Both the position numbers and the translations under genes were made by a program. A stretch of DNA of 64,000 nt from Massalongia carnosa. Its lineage: Eukaryota. Position 1 is the first letter of the stretch. Each line of letters begins with the position of its first letter. Positions 51,478-64,000 of the stretch are shown here, in pieces. The DNA is taken from NCBI GenBank assembly GCA_965645245.1, contig OZ287067.1, forward strand, positions 496,001-560,000, written 5' to 3'. The notes beneath the pieces are model-generated. The model did not search any database, was not told where the DNA came from, and saw only the letters and a program-made list of their open reading frames with translations.

Positions 51478-51752
51478 AAGCCTATTCATTCGGAATGGCC
51501 ACACCCCTCAGGCGGAAGCCTTTCACCTCATCGAAAAAGCCTCATCGAAAAAGCCCATTTAGTCGAAATGGCCACACCCCCAAGGCGGAAGTCTTTCACC
51601 TCATCGAAAAAGTCCATTCAGTCGGAATGGCCACACCCCCCAGGCGGAAGCCTTTCACCTCATCGAAAAAGTCCATTCAGTCGGAATGGCCACACCCCCA
51701 GGCGGAAGCTTCTCACCTCATCGAAAAAGCCCATTCATTCAGAATGGCCACA
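51478..51752. repeat. About 4.5 copies of a 58-59-bp minisatellite containing an internal hairpin
   Basis: Unit agtccattcagtcggaatggccacaccccccaggcggaagcctttcacctcatcgaaaa, with an extra partial duplication ctcatcgaaaaagc near 51541. Confidence 0.92.
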
Positions 51753-52480
51753 TTTTCACATCTTCATTTATACGACACCACGATCTACCCTCGATCATGG
51801 CCAGTCTATCATCTATTGAGTCAAAACGGTTAAAGAGAGAGAATTTTCGTCGAACGTGTGGAGATACACTGTCTAGTTCATCGGGTCTATAGGATTCCTA
51901 GCGCTTGAAGATCTGGGTGTATGCACTGCGTAGTAGAAGAACGATCTCGTTGCGTTCAATATGGAATAAAAGGGAGTGGTTTTACCCTGGGGGCCAGGTT
52001 TCCGCTTCCTGACTGTTGTTTATGTACATAAATAGCAGTCACAGCGTCATATCCTAAGGATGCATACGCTTAATGAATAAATAAATAAAATAGCATGTTG
52101 GACGATGAAGACGGGTTTAAGTGGCTACAGGTACTCTGTAAGCGAGTCATGTTTCAACTTTCGGGCTAAGCTCAATCATAGACCATTCCTGACCAACAAC
52201 CTTCCCGTCCCGCCTCTTGGCGGAGTGGCTTCAGTTCTTCCGCCGCCTTACCGTTTATGCACTAATCTATCTGGAGTTAGACTTTTTCGGAGAGGATAAA
52301 CTTCTATCCTAACTTAGTCAGACCCACCAGTTACCCGGCATTGGAGGTCGCCACCACTAACGTTGAATGACTCCTACATCGTTCCCTCCATCACCTAGAA
52401 GGTAGTTGATGTTCCATATCAGAGCACAACTTGAAGAAGTTAATAAATTCATATAGACATCAATTAACACTAATAACCTA

Positions 52481-54157
52481 ATGCCCAAGAAACGAGCTCC
52501 GATTCACTTTACGAAGCCAGTCAATCCTATACATCCCTCCCTCACACCATCCTCGAACGAATCGAAGAACAGATTAGGCACCCATTCGCTGCATTCCACG
52601 ACCGATCCTCCTGGAAACTCGGTCAATGACAAGATTCATAATCTGCGTCTGAGTCAGGCTCCATCGAACTGGAAGGATCAATCACGGAATCTTGCCCATG
52701 CGCCTACAGTCCATCCATCGTTAAAAGCCATGTTGCAAGTCCAAGAGACTCCCTCGCCAAAGCCTCGATTTCTTACAAACACTGCGGGTCGAGCAAGGGC
52801 GAGAGGTCCAGCTGGTCCACCTCCACCCAGTAGTTGGCTGAATCATAGGAACCAAGCTCCTCCCCATTCACAAAGGGTAAGCGCCCAGCAGTCACTGCGT
52901 GTCGCACACGTTGCACCTGAGCATCTCGATGCATTACCCGATCTCTATTTGCCACCTGGGCGGTCACTCATGTTCCAGGCGTTGAAGGCCCTCGCAATAA
53001 ACTGGGAATGGCATTTGGAGTTTGATCGATATTACCTCGCTACGCTTCCAACACGATTAAAACAGGCGCTGCTATGGTTTATATCGAATTTCAACCAGCA
53101 AGGGATCACCCGTCAAGGTCTTGAGACTCTTTTTTTGGACGATACAGTGATAGAAGACGCCACTGACAGCGAAAGTCTCACCCACATTGATCTTTCAAAC
53201 TTCATTTGCAAGAGCCTTGATCTGAAAGATCTTAAGGAATTCCTCGCTAATCCACGTATTGCGCCCAATTTTGGCGAACTAGATGCCAGCAATAGCATCG
53301 TGCCTGATACGTGGGATGCTCCGTCGACAACCCAGCTCTTACACCTTTCCACGCCTCGATTCCCATCTCTAACGCATCTCTCTTTATCCCATCCTACCAA
53401 CGCTTCTTGGAAATCCCTTCTTTCCCTAGCCCCACACCTAACTACTCTTACCCACCTTTCCCTTGCATTCTGGCCTGCCCCATCGTTGAATTCGAATCCC
53501 ATTGTAGAAGGAGTGGCTCCGTCAGGCAACTCCGACAGTTATGATTTTGGAAAAACTCTTACCGACGAATTTCGGACCGAGGCGGCTGAAATTCTTCGGC
53601 ATTTCAGTAGAAAGACGTATTGCTTAAAGTGGCTGGATCTGACGGGATGCTGCGCTTGGATAGGGGCTCTACGGTGCGAAGGCGGTGTTGATTGGGTCGG
53701 ATCCTGGCGCGGGGTGAACACGGTAAAGGTTGGGCCAGGCTGGGTCCCTGAATTTCTAGAAAAGGAGAACATAAATCTCGGCAAGAATTGGAACCCAAAT
53801 TCCCGCGAATCCCAAACGTGGGAACTGACGGACACGCTAGCTTTGGCGGATTGGCTCCATCGCCAGCATCGCCTTGGTGAACTAGAAGAAGACGTGAATG
53901 CGCTGAAGTTAAGCATTCGGCCGAGAAAGGCAGATCAGCCGGCGGCAGCAGCTCAAGGAGCGGATGGATTAGGATTGGGAGATAACATGTCTGAAATGTG
54001 GTGGGAGGATTCGGCGAAGCTCGCCTCGCGCGGTGCGGACGTCAAGGACCGTGGTCCAGAGAACAGGGTGACTTTTGATAGAGGCTGGAAAGGTTGGCGG
54101 ATTGAGGATGCGATTAAGACGTATGGTTCTTCCTTTCCGCCAAGCGACAGGAGCTGA
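52481..54157 (+). CDS. Conserved fungal protein with RNI/LRR-like repeats
   Basis: 558-aa ORF with GPAGPPPPSSW and the repeats LTHIDLS, LTHLSLSHP, LTHLSLAFWP and LKWLDLTGC. Confidence 0.82.
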   Translation: MPKKRAPIHFTKPVNPIHPSLTPSSNESKNRLGTHSLHSTTDPPGNSVNDKIHNLRLSQAPSNWKDQSRNLAHAPTVHPSLKAMLQVQETPSPKPRFLTNTAGRARARGPAGPPPPSSWLNHRNQAPPHSQRVSAQQSLRVAHVAPEHLDALPDLYLPPGRSLMFQALKALAINWEWHLEFDRYYLATLPTRLKQALLWFISNFNQQGITRQGLETLFLDDTVIEDATDSESLTHIDLSNFICKSLDLKDLKEFLANPRIAPNFGELDASNSIVPDTWDAPSTTQLLHLSTPRFPSLTHLSLSHPTNASWKSLLSLAPHLTTLTHLSLAFWPAPSLNSNPIVEGVAPSGNSDSYDFGKTLTDEFRTEAAEILRHFSRKTYCLKWLDLTGCCAWIGALRCEGGVDWVGSWRGVNTVKVGPGWVPEFLEKENINLGKNWNPNSRESQTWELTDTLALADWLHRQHRLGELEEDVNALKLSIRPRKADQPAAAAQGADGLGLGDNMSEMWWEDSAKLASRGADVKDRGPENRVTFDRGWKGWRIEDAIKTYGSSFPPSDRS

Positions 54158-55134
54158 AGGGAGCCATGCCTATCCTATCGGTCGAACCTGAACTTAGAAA
54201 CACAGCCCATCGCCGAGTCGCTTGTCTAGGAGCCACGAACCGTTCTCGCTGCTGTGGAAATTGGAGCTTCCTACAGTAACCCACAAAAAAAACAACACCA
54301 GCCTTCTTTTTCCTTGGGCCTAAAGACGACATAAATATGATCCTAAACCCCCCCAAAAACCCTCTCTCTCTACCTCCTCCGCTAGGGCAAGCTCTAATAA
54401 CTCCTACGTAGCTGCCGATATTGTTTTTGTTGTTCCCCCCCCTCCCTTTCAAAAACATTTTAAAAAAAAATATAGATCTATATATACATGAAGCAAACCC
54501 ACAACCAACCCGTTCCCCTAACATGAAAAGGAATTAAGAAACCGCCTCTATCCCAAACCATGAAGGGGACTGATCAGCCGGTTAAAAGCCGAAACGTAGC
54601 CGATCCAAAAAAAACTTCCACGCGTTTCTTGTGGACGGAAGTCGATTCGGCGCACCCAGCCACCAAAATATCTCAGGAGCAGGAGCAGGAGCAGGAGTAG
54701 GGAGCAGGTTCTTTTTTCGTTTCTGCTTCTTATGTTAATGCATGCATAGATCGGTGGAGGCAGACCGACAGACTGACCGATAGATCGACAAACGGACCCC
54801 CCCCAAAAAAAAACAAACAGGAAAAAAGAGGGAGGAGTGTAGTGTAGTCTGATAGTTTATGTTAATCCCCCTTTTCCCTTCATCCAAAAGGGGAAGGCTT
54901 TACGAAAAAATTGAACAGATATATAGTCCGGGCAGGTAGGTGGTTAGGTAGGCCTGAGACAACGAGTAAGAACGAGGAACGCTGACTGTGGGCATGTGTT
55001 TATGCGGGAGCCCATCATCAGGAATGATCTTGTCAAGTTGAATCTGTGAATGTAATAAGATACCTCCCCGACTTCGATCTCGTTCCTTGAACTTTCCTTC
55101 AAGTTCCTCCACACAACAATAGGTGCCGATATTA

Positions 55135-58094
55135 TCAAACAAACTTGATCTCATCGACAAACAACCCCGCTCTCACCTCCACCACAGCCGCCAACTCCAA
55201 TACAAATTCCTGCAGAATCACCACGTTGGTCAACAGATGACCCAAAGTAACCTCCCGTACCTCAGCTTCGTTACCCCTTACATCGGTCGAGTCAACGCTA
55301 CGTAGGCTGGTCGTTTCGCTGCTGCCGTTCCGGAGAGGAGTCCATGGGATTTCGAAAGTTCCGGGGAGGGTGGCGTGCCGAGTTATCGGCATTCGGACTT
55401 TCTGAAGCAGGACGTCTGGGGGTCCCATTGGAGTGGAGGGGGTGGAGATAGGAGGGGTTCTATTGCGGAGCGGCGAGGAAGAATACGCTCTCACGCCTAG
55501 CTTGGACGGACTCCGTGAGGGAGAAATGCGGAGTTGGTTAAACCGCGGTGCGAGCTTCGAGACGGCAGACTTGTCTTGTTGTCGCCCTCTTGGGGAACTG
55601 GAGCGGGAGACATTAGATGATGGACTGCCGTCGAATAGGAGCCGTTGTGACATGGAGCCAAGAAGATGCGCCTGCGTTTGAGGACTTGGTACTATAGAGG
55701 AATGGGATTTCGGATCTTCGGATTTCTGGCGAGACAATGAAGGATCTGCGAGGGCCGAGTCGATTTCATCGCTAATTCTGAATATGTGCTTACGTTCAAC
55801 GAGATAAGTATCAAAGTTTGGAATTTTCTGGCGGAAATTATCGATTTGTCCAATTAAGGAGTAAATGGCAGCAAAAACAGGGGAGGTAGACGGACTGTGG
55901 CGAGCAGATGGCGGCTGGGCTATCTTCAACGAGCGGGACTCTGCCGTTTGATTTCCATTTGTGGCCATACTAGCTTCGTCAAAGCCATCCTCTGAAGACA
56001 TGTCGTGATCGCTCCCACTCCCATCATCGGCGCTAACACCAAGGAGCCAGCCCTCCAAACGAGTATAACCACAAGACGCCAGTATTGTAAATGTCTGGGT
56101 CAGACTGAGGTTTGTCTCAATATCGTTATACAGGAATTGGTTCAACAGCAACACCAAGCCATTTAGCAGTGGATCATCAATTGCAATTCTATGCGGGCCC
56201 ACCTGTTTCGATCTTAATGAGTTATGTGTCTCTGATTTCATTTGATCTGAAATTTGTGAAAAATCAGGTAAAGCAAGAATCTGCGCGGAGCATGAATGTG
56301 CTTCTAATAGATGGTGTACATCCAGCATATGCGTTTCGTAGGACGCCTCGAGGTCTTCTTCGATTGCTAGGTCTTCAGCCATTGACAAAATTATATCTAC
56401 TCCAAGGTTGTGCGCGTCCAGCGTGCGTGGAGAGTTCATCACATCGAGCGGTTGAACCTTGATAAGGGTGGAAATTGCATACCGATGCTGGCTGTGGAGA
56501 ATAACCGAATATAAGCGTAAGCTGGCTGTTACCGTTTGTTGATTGTGGGACTGAAGACTTGATAAAAGTAGATCCACAAGAGTGAATAGATTCGGCGATG
56601 GTTTGGCTTCCCCCTTTGCTAAGTTGGTGATCAATGTTTCGGATTTTCTTCGCCGGGCAATAGTGGTAGGCCTTAAAGTAGGGAGTTTTTCTGGCGGAGG
56701 GTCTGGAAGAGCCAGAAGATACTGTAAAATAAGTTGAATTAAATCAATTTGATTGATAGACTCAAGAATGCACCTCAGGTATGTCAGAACTGCGACGGAT
56801 GAGCCGCCATCCACGTCCGATGATTCTACGAGTGACGGATACCTAATTCTGTTCAGCATCGCCCGTTCGTCATTTTTGTGCCAGCTACCCACAATAGTTG
56901 ATGTAAGAAGAGAAATCGAAAATGATCTAGGAGAGTTTGCTTTATATCATTCGAAGTACAATGTTCCAGAACATCCTGCCAAAACATAAGATAAGATAAA
57001 AACGTTCCCAGGTGGGCTTGAAACTCGGCTGAGCCGGTCTCAGTCGCATCATAAGGAGGCCGCGGCTGGGCGATGTTAGAAATGGCGACAACTGCAGGAA
57101 CAGAGCCTGTTGTAAACATCATCACAAGCTTCCTGATCGTCTTAGTTGCGTGTTTTAATTAGCTTGGAAGTGAAGCATACCGACTCAATTGGCTATACAG
57201 AGCCCCTAACCCGCTTGCCATTAACGCTGCAAGGTCACTTTCCACAATCCATCTTTCAAGCTCTTCGGTATAGACGGCCGACTCGATAATATATAATAAA
57301 CCAGTCCTTGCAAAGTCCCCAGCACGTCCATCATGATGCACATAGTCCAGGAGGAAATAAAACAACGGGAACTCCAATCTATCCAAATTCGTTGTAACCA
57401 CCACGCTGTTGGGTTTCATTGGAGAAGTTATGGCTCGTTGAGCCCGCGGTCTGAACCATGCAGGCAGCGTTTCTGGCCGAAGCCTTAATTTCGTAGCCAG
57501 CCCAAACAGAATTTCGGCAACGTTTCCCTCAGTCTGAATACTAGCAAAGGACCTAGGTGGAGATATGTTATTGACAAACCCAATCAGAGTATTGGCAAAG
57601 CCTTCGTCGTCCAAAAAACCCCCCTCTTCGCCCTCGATGAGAACATTGAAGATATCAAGAGCTTCGTTAACAACATGTTCGCTGTGGGATTGAATAGCAA
57701 CTTTCGCCACCACGTTATAAACTCGAGCCTCTACTACGTGTGCTATGCACGGATGAGGGACTGGCGCCTGGACTTCATCCTGTAGAATACACTTGAGGGT
57801 TTCGAGATATTTACGAGGGGTTTCTATAGTAATAGAATCGATAGAAAGTTTTTTATTCTTAAGGTATAAGTGCTAAATCAAGTCAATCCTGCCAACCAGA
57901 CGGCGCCGTTCATCGTCATACCTGTAGTTGTTCACAAACCCGCGTAAATCGGTTCAGTCGTAGCTGAGGGCCAGTAGGAGCTTGTAAGGGGACAGTTGAT
58001 TTGCCACTTCCACCAACTAGACGCGACCACTGAACGCAATTATAAGCAGCTCTTAATAAGTATAACTAGACGGAATGATGCTCACAAAGTCCAT
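55135..58094 (-). CDS. fhipA: FHIP / FAM160 (RAI16-like) FTS-Hook-interacting protein, multi-intron
   Basis: Spliced start MDF|WSRLVGG; FPLFYFLLDYVHHDGRAGDFARTGLLYIIES, LMASGLGALYSQLSR, FLSYLMFWQDVLEHC, YPSLVESSDVDGGSSVAVLTYLR and HLLTNVVILQEFVLELAAVVEVRA. Confidence 0.9.
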
Positions 58095-58487
58095 CGCCGC
58101 AGCCACATGGTTAATAGTAGAAAGCTAGTAGGTTTCCCTTCTCCTTCTGCTGAGCCAACATATTGCAAATGGTGTCTGACTTGAGGCAAAATGCTGGATG
58201 ATAGTTGAAGGGCGGAAACATTCCGATTATTAGGTAATTTTCCTTGCATTGCATTCACTCTACGAAGTATTTACGTTTAGATCCATCCAAGCACTCCACG
58301 ATCACGGTCCATCCCTCAAAATTTGTTTTTAATCTGCCGCTCTGGGTTCTCAATAGTATTCAAAAGATCTACTATTGAACAACATGGTTCATGGATAAGA
58401 CTACCAAAATTGCTATGCAGATATGCCTTGGTCTATGCTAATGCAAACGCTCGAAGTACACCTGACACGGAAAAGAAATTCAATTGC

Positions 58488-59267
58488 TTAGAAGTCATCA
58501 GGCTCCTTCTTCCTCTTCCTTGGCGCGGATCTTCTCTTCTTCCCGTCGCCCGTCTCCTCGCTGTCCTCGTCTTTCTTCGTTAAAGATGTATCGGGAACTT
58601 TTGCGATGATTGTTGCTAGGAAATCTAGTTGCTCGTCCTTTTCCACCGCTTGTTTGAGATGAGCCGCTGTGACTCGTTTCGAGGATTTTGCTTTTGCTTC
58701 CTGAGCAGCCTTGCCCACTACAGAGATCATGAAGAGCTCGAGGGCCTTAGCTAGGGGGTTTGGTAAGTTTATATTTCCTCCAGTAATGGGGCTTTGGTGT
58801 TACTTACAAACCGCGGTTGGCGTAGCCTGTGACACTTTCCCTACGTCCTCATCGGCTTGCATTATACGCTTGATGCGAGCGACTGGGAACTTTGTCTTCA
58901 CCTCAATACCTTCTGCTATCCCTGGTGCTAGCTTGTCTGAAGCCCTTGGGTACTTATCTTTTCTTGTTTTACGTCCGTTGCCACGAGCTGCCATGTTGGG
59001 AACCCATTCGGGGTTATCGCCGCTGTCATGGTGTTGTATCTGTCCGTTTCTCTCCATCTTGGAAGGTAAATATTGATTTGAGGCTGGTGAGGGCATCTGA
59101 GGTGCATAGGGGTGAGGATGGTAGTCGGTGGGTGGGTGGTAGGATGTGGTGTATGGTGGTTGCTGGGAAGCGTAGTATGCGTTTGCAGACTGCTCGGGTG
59201 CATATGAGGAATGATAGGCGGAAAGATCTGGTGACTGAGGTGCGTATGGACCATCAGGGTCATCCAT
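58488..59267 (-). CDS. BUR6: Negative cofactor 2 alpha subunit (Bur6/DRAP1/NctA), histone fold
   Basis: [56 protein letters not shown]; intron 58751-58807. Confidence 0.93.
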
Positions 59268-60169
59268 GGTGAACGGTTGTGAACGCCGATGAACAGGGAT
59301 CTGGTCGAATGTGGATGATCCGAACGTGAAATCTTTACGTTCTCTTTCGTTTCTTCTATTCACTTTTGCTCAAGAGAATTGAACTCCAAGAAGAACGTTT
59401 GATATTGCTTCGAGTCGACAAAGCCCTAAGAACTAAGCGTCTCGATGCGGAAGTATTGTGCACAAACTTGTGAAAGAAAGGATTTGTGCAGGATGTGCAT
59501 AAAGGGGGAGATGTGCAGTCACGTGCGAGGACCGGAAGTGTGGCTCCTTGAGGGCCGGGGTCTGCCCATTCGCATTCAAAACGGGGAAAATCGCGGTTCT
59601 TATCTCTCGAGCGAGTCTTGGGGCGGGGGTCAAAATGACGCTAAGTCGCATTTTAAATTAGCGGCAACAAATGACGATCAACAAAGGAGGTAAGGTACCG
59701 AATCACGTGCAAACGCACCGTAAGTTGTTGTAAAGCTATTTTCTTCGCCGTAAACACACCACTATGGACCAAACACAACGAATCTCCCAGCTACGGGCAT
59801 ATAATCAGCTTCGTAATCACGATCAGCTGCGATGAATGATGATAAGTATTGTGCCTGATGATTGTCTGAGATTACACTCTCAGCGGAACCAGCAAATGTG
59901 GATAGCCTGACGCGATATGTCATGATAGGAGCCTTGAGCTTTTCATATGGTTCCTGCATGCATCGAGCTGAAGCCTATTCACCTTGCTATGGTTCTGCAA
60001 AGCAGTCGATGAAGGTCCAAATTACTTGATCTAATCTGACAACAACCATGGAGTTTTTCCCATAATCAAGATCCATGGCGCGGTTGAGGGAAATCTCGCT
60101 TGTTCTAACATTCCAGGAGAATCATCCTTTTCACTCTCATGATCTATGTACAGCAGTTTTGTATGGCTT

Positions 60170-61208
60170 TTACATAGCATCTAGCACAGCCTGATCTGCA
60201 AAGATGTTTTTTCCTTCCATGCATCTTTGAACAAGGGCATCCCACTCAATGGGATCGAAATAAGGCATCCCGTTATCATCCAACCATTCATCATTGTCCG
60301 TTCCTGTATCAAGGATTTCATCGATAGTCTTGTCTATCGCTGTTAGTTCCGCTGTTGGGGGACTGCACTGTATCAGGTATTAGCTGCTTTCAATGTAAAG
60401 TCTCACATCCAACGCGCACCTCTGTAATCACCAATAGTGGTGGATTCTCTTTGTTGATCTCAGAGATCATTTCCTGATAATCTGCATCGTTCGACAATTT
60501 GACCGATCGGTGGTTCACAGGTCCTGAAACATCTTGCGGAAGAATTTGATACTTCCATTCTCGTGGTTTCTTGCCCACCGGCTCGTCCGACAAATAATCC
60601 CTCCAATACTCACCCTCGGATCTGCCAATCTCTTCCAGCATTTCGCCAGCCTCCGCGAGCGACGCTGCGATTGGTAAGTAGACCGAAATTTTCCGTTCAA
60701 GTTTCCGCCCAAGAAATAGCCAAGCGATAACGCCATCTCGAAACTTTGAAGCCGGGTGCTCGAGCTGATACAACATACACACCAGATATGCAAGTGGCGG
60801 TTTTCTAGCCATGTATCTCTCGACTTCCTCCTTCGATTTCCCCCCGTGCACAAGCCTTCGTTGTACCTCTTCCACTGTTTTACCAAGGAGCGGTTTGTTG
60901 GCAGCCATGATGTCCATTCGTTTCTTCATCCGGACAATTTCCGTGTGCATCTCCTCCACGACAGCCTCTGCTTCATAAGGCGCATTGAGATTATCTTCCA
61001 CCCCTGCCGGGAGATACGGGAAAGCAGGGTCCTGTTTGAAGATCTCTTCTGCGCTGAAGGATCCCATGGTGAAGCCTATCATTCCCGTACGGAAGCCTTG
61101 CTCGAGGACCCATTCCATGAAGTCATCCACCGTTGGCTCCTCCGCACCGGTCAGGACTAACTCGTCGTGATCCATCGTTTTGTCGGCTGTTGGATGCTCG
61201 CTAGGCAT
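60170..61208 (-). CDS. Hypothetical protein (two exons)
   Basis: The long ORF joins through intron 60368-60419 (GTGCGC..GCTAAT..CAG) to an open second exon ending AVLDAM*. No family recognised; start uncertain. Confidence 0.65.
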
Positions 61209-63159
61209 ATCTAGGGTTGACGATGATCCGTTTTTGGTAAGATGATGGCTTTTGGTACGCAACTTATCAGAATGGAAGGTGCGTCTTGGAGATTATTTCT
61301 GAGGGTTATTATCCTAAGTGATTCTTTTGGTGACTGATTCCTTCATCAATAATTTTCCTTCCTCTCACTTTTGCATCGTGGAAAGAACTTGCTCGCTCCC
61401 GTCACTTTTCCCTCTTGTCACGTAAAGAAGCCAGAAGTCGAAAATCTCACGAAAATCCCGGCCTACCAAGCTAGATTCGGAGTGCCCTCACTTTATCCTC
61501 TGTCGGTGCCTGTCATCTCTGACTCATAGAGTCACCCAGAAGTGAAGTCACCAATCGTCACGGCTCTACTCATTCGTTATATTTTACATATACTCACCAT
61601 CAACAACCACTCACACCTTAAGCTCCCACTTCCATTAGATCACCAATGTGATTGAATAGTGAAGGAAATCTAACAAAATCCATGCATCGCATAATGAGAA
61701 GGCATGCTGATGGTACCAATTTGATTTGATGTCGTCGCTGTATATCTATCATCCATGACAATGAGTGTAAGCTTTCATAGTAGTTCAAAGTCCTGTCATC
61801 CCCGCATTCCTTCCCTGTTTCCGTCTCTTCTCTTCTTTACCTTCCCCCCTCCATCATTCATCGGTCCCTGGTGATAACTACCAACCCCACTCCACCTCCC
61901 GCCCCATCATCCCTTACGCCATACCTTAAGGAAAAGAAATCTAGTTCGTCGCAAATCCTCTCCCATCCGAAACAAGCTACAGCTAGCCAGGCTACTATAG
62001 ATATCTAAGAATGCAACTCATCGTAGCGGCCCTGCGTTAGAGAAGAGGGAGGTTCAGAAGGGGAGGGGTGAGACTAGGAATTCATGTCCTTCTATCCTGC
62101 TTTCTCCTTTGCTGGTAAACGGGGAGGTTATATACCGCTGTACCTATATACCTACATAAAATAGTGTCTACGAACCTAGGTACCTATGTAGTTTCCCTGC
62201 CCTGTCTCTTTCTGGGAACCAAACTTTTTGCAGATTACCTACTTACTACTACTTTAGACGGTGCGGGAAGAGTCGAGAAGAGGGCTTGTGGTAAGTAGGC
62301 TGTTGGTTATAGTCTGCTTCAGCGGGATGGGGTGGATGGAATGGAACGGAACGGAAATAGAAATGGGGAAATGGAATTTAAGAGAAGAGATATTCTTCAC
62401 TAAGACATATGTATCACCAGTGAAAAAGGAACGTCTCTCGTATGTATAAGTAGCTACGTAGGTTAATTTTATGTTTACGTTATAGGTAAGTAGGTATGGC
62501 AAGAATACCAAATGGATGAATGAATAAATGGAACGGATAACACGAGCAAGCGAAAAGAAGAGAACGGAGAAACTTTGCGCGTTCTGGGTTTGGAAACGAA
62601 CGGAATTTAAGAGTTGGTGTTTTTTGCACGGAGGGGTTATAAGCGGGTTTAGTGGAGATTAGGAGTGGTAGATGAGTATGTAGGTAGGAGATGCTAGGTT
62701 GGGGTGAGAGAACCTAGAGATAGGGAGGAAGGAGGAGAAGGAGAAATGGGGTGAAAAATGTATTGAATGTAGTATTTAGCGGCAGAGGTCGATGTTTCAG
62801 GGTATAGAAAGAAAATGCAAGGCATTTGGCAGCGGGTTCGAGAGCACAATGGCCTGATTCCATTGTAAGGTATGATATACGTATACACTGAACTATTGTT
62901 TGGGTTAGAAAATCAGTGAACCCCACAGTGTGTTTTGACAAATAGTTATAGATACAGGAAGATTCTGCGGGACGAGCGAATGAGGAGGTTGGAGCGAAGA
63001 TGCTGGGTTTGGAGGGATTGACTGGAAGTTGATAGGGGTTTAGGTTGATATTGTGGAAGAACTCGAGTTCTGAAACGATTTCGAGGAGGCATGAACAGGG
63101 TTTCCTATTTATACTGCTGGTTGGTGTGACGAGGGGAATGATTCCCCTGGGAGATCTGG

Positions 63160-63878
63160 TTAGAAGAGGGCTCGCCGCGTGATCTGCAGCAGAGATTGCA
63201 AACAAGTCAGTCTTAGAAACCAACCCTTTCTTCCTCAAAAGCGCTCCGAAAAATTGATAAACTCACCGCCCACGCTCCCGCTGCCCCGGCCACCAGCCCG
63301 CCGGAAATCAACATCGGCCGTAGTCCCCGCGTACTCTTGAACAGCATCCCGCTCAACGCGCCCGCCACTACCGAGTTCACACTATCGTGCCTCCCTCTCC
63401 AATGCCCAATCGTCGAGTTTAGCCCGTTATAAACCATGGCAATCACGCCCGCCGAGTTCCCCAAAAACGGACCTCGTCTCGTCACGCTGTTCAGCACGCT
63501 GTTCAATCTCAACTTCGGCGGCGCGCTCGGCGGTAGCCGGTTCAGACCCTCGATCATGCCCCATGCGCCACCGAGAGTCAGGGCCGAGAGATAGGTGACG
63601 CCGGTGCCGTAGCAGAGATCGTCGGACCAGCCGCGGGAGGGGAGCGCCGACTGCGAGCCAGGAAGGTCGTTCAGTGTACTTTCTTCGAGGGTGAGATAGG
63701 AGAGTGTAGAAGGGTTGAGGCCGGCGAGGGGGTGTAATTGGGAGGGGTCGGGGAGTGAGTCGGGGGAGAGGAAGGAGGAGACGTCGGTTGCGGTTGTAGG
63801 GTCGAAGGGGGGGGGTTCGAAGGAGGAGTGAGTGGAGGAGGAAGAACGGCGGCCGGTAAGGGTATCCCAGAATGACAT
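63160..63878 (-). CDS. TIM23: Mitochondrial inner-membrane translocase subunit Tim23
   Basis: LPSRGWSDDLCYGTG, KLRLNSVLNSVTRRGPFLGNSAG and GALSGMLFKSTRG. Intron 63184-63266; last exon ITRRALF*. Confidence 0.97.
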
Positions 63879-64000
63879 CTTGTAGATTTGGATAAGGCGG
63901 ACGATAATTAAGGGACGATTTATGAGAGGAGAAATGGCAAGCTGAGCTTGAGGCGGCCAGAAAAAAAGTCGGCTAGTGACTCACTATACGGAGTACAAGG

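Noticed and set aside
51478..51752. Hairpin repeats as a CRISPR array
   Set aside because: Units are contiguous with no unique spacers, there are no cas genes, and the DNA is eukaryotic.
19200..52100. Starship giant transposon
   Set aside because: No tyrosine-recombinase (DUF3435) captain or boundary repeats were recognised, and core DBP9 lies in the middle of the tract.
52481..54157. Tafazzin label that I recall being attached to similar proteins
   Set aside because: No acyltransferase HxxxxD block or tafazzin-like domain is evident; the protein shows LRR-like repeats instead.

Overview
Eukaryotic, intron-containing DNA from a filamentous ascomycete (Pezizomycotina; a lichen-forming lineage is possible but unproven). 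The flanks carry conserved genes: a GH47 mannosidase 3' end, an FNR-type reductase and ArgRS on the left, and FHIP, NC2-alpha/BUR6 and TIM23 on the right. Between them is an accessory tract of about 33 kb (about 19-52 kb) that still contains DBP9 and an intron-containing tRNA-Val(CAC). The tract holds three transposons with identifiable ends (a Tc1 DD34E element, a Mutator deletion derivative and a 5'-truncated Tad1-type LINE), decayed immunity-like and secreted genes, a pair of small secreted Cys-rich paralogs (one disrupted by the Tc1), and two multi-intron DUF6590-type genes. By manual alignment the DUF6590-type domain resembles the MazF/PemK ribonuclease fold: copy 1 keeps the positions equivalent to catalytic Arg29/Thr52, while copy 2 has both changed and sits head-to-head with a coiled-coil gene. 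This is the best candidate for an undescribed system. All family assignments come from motif recognition by eye; no searches were run.
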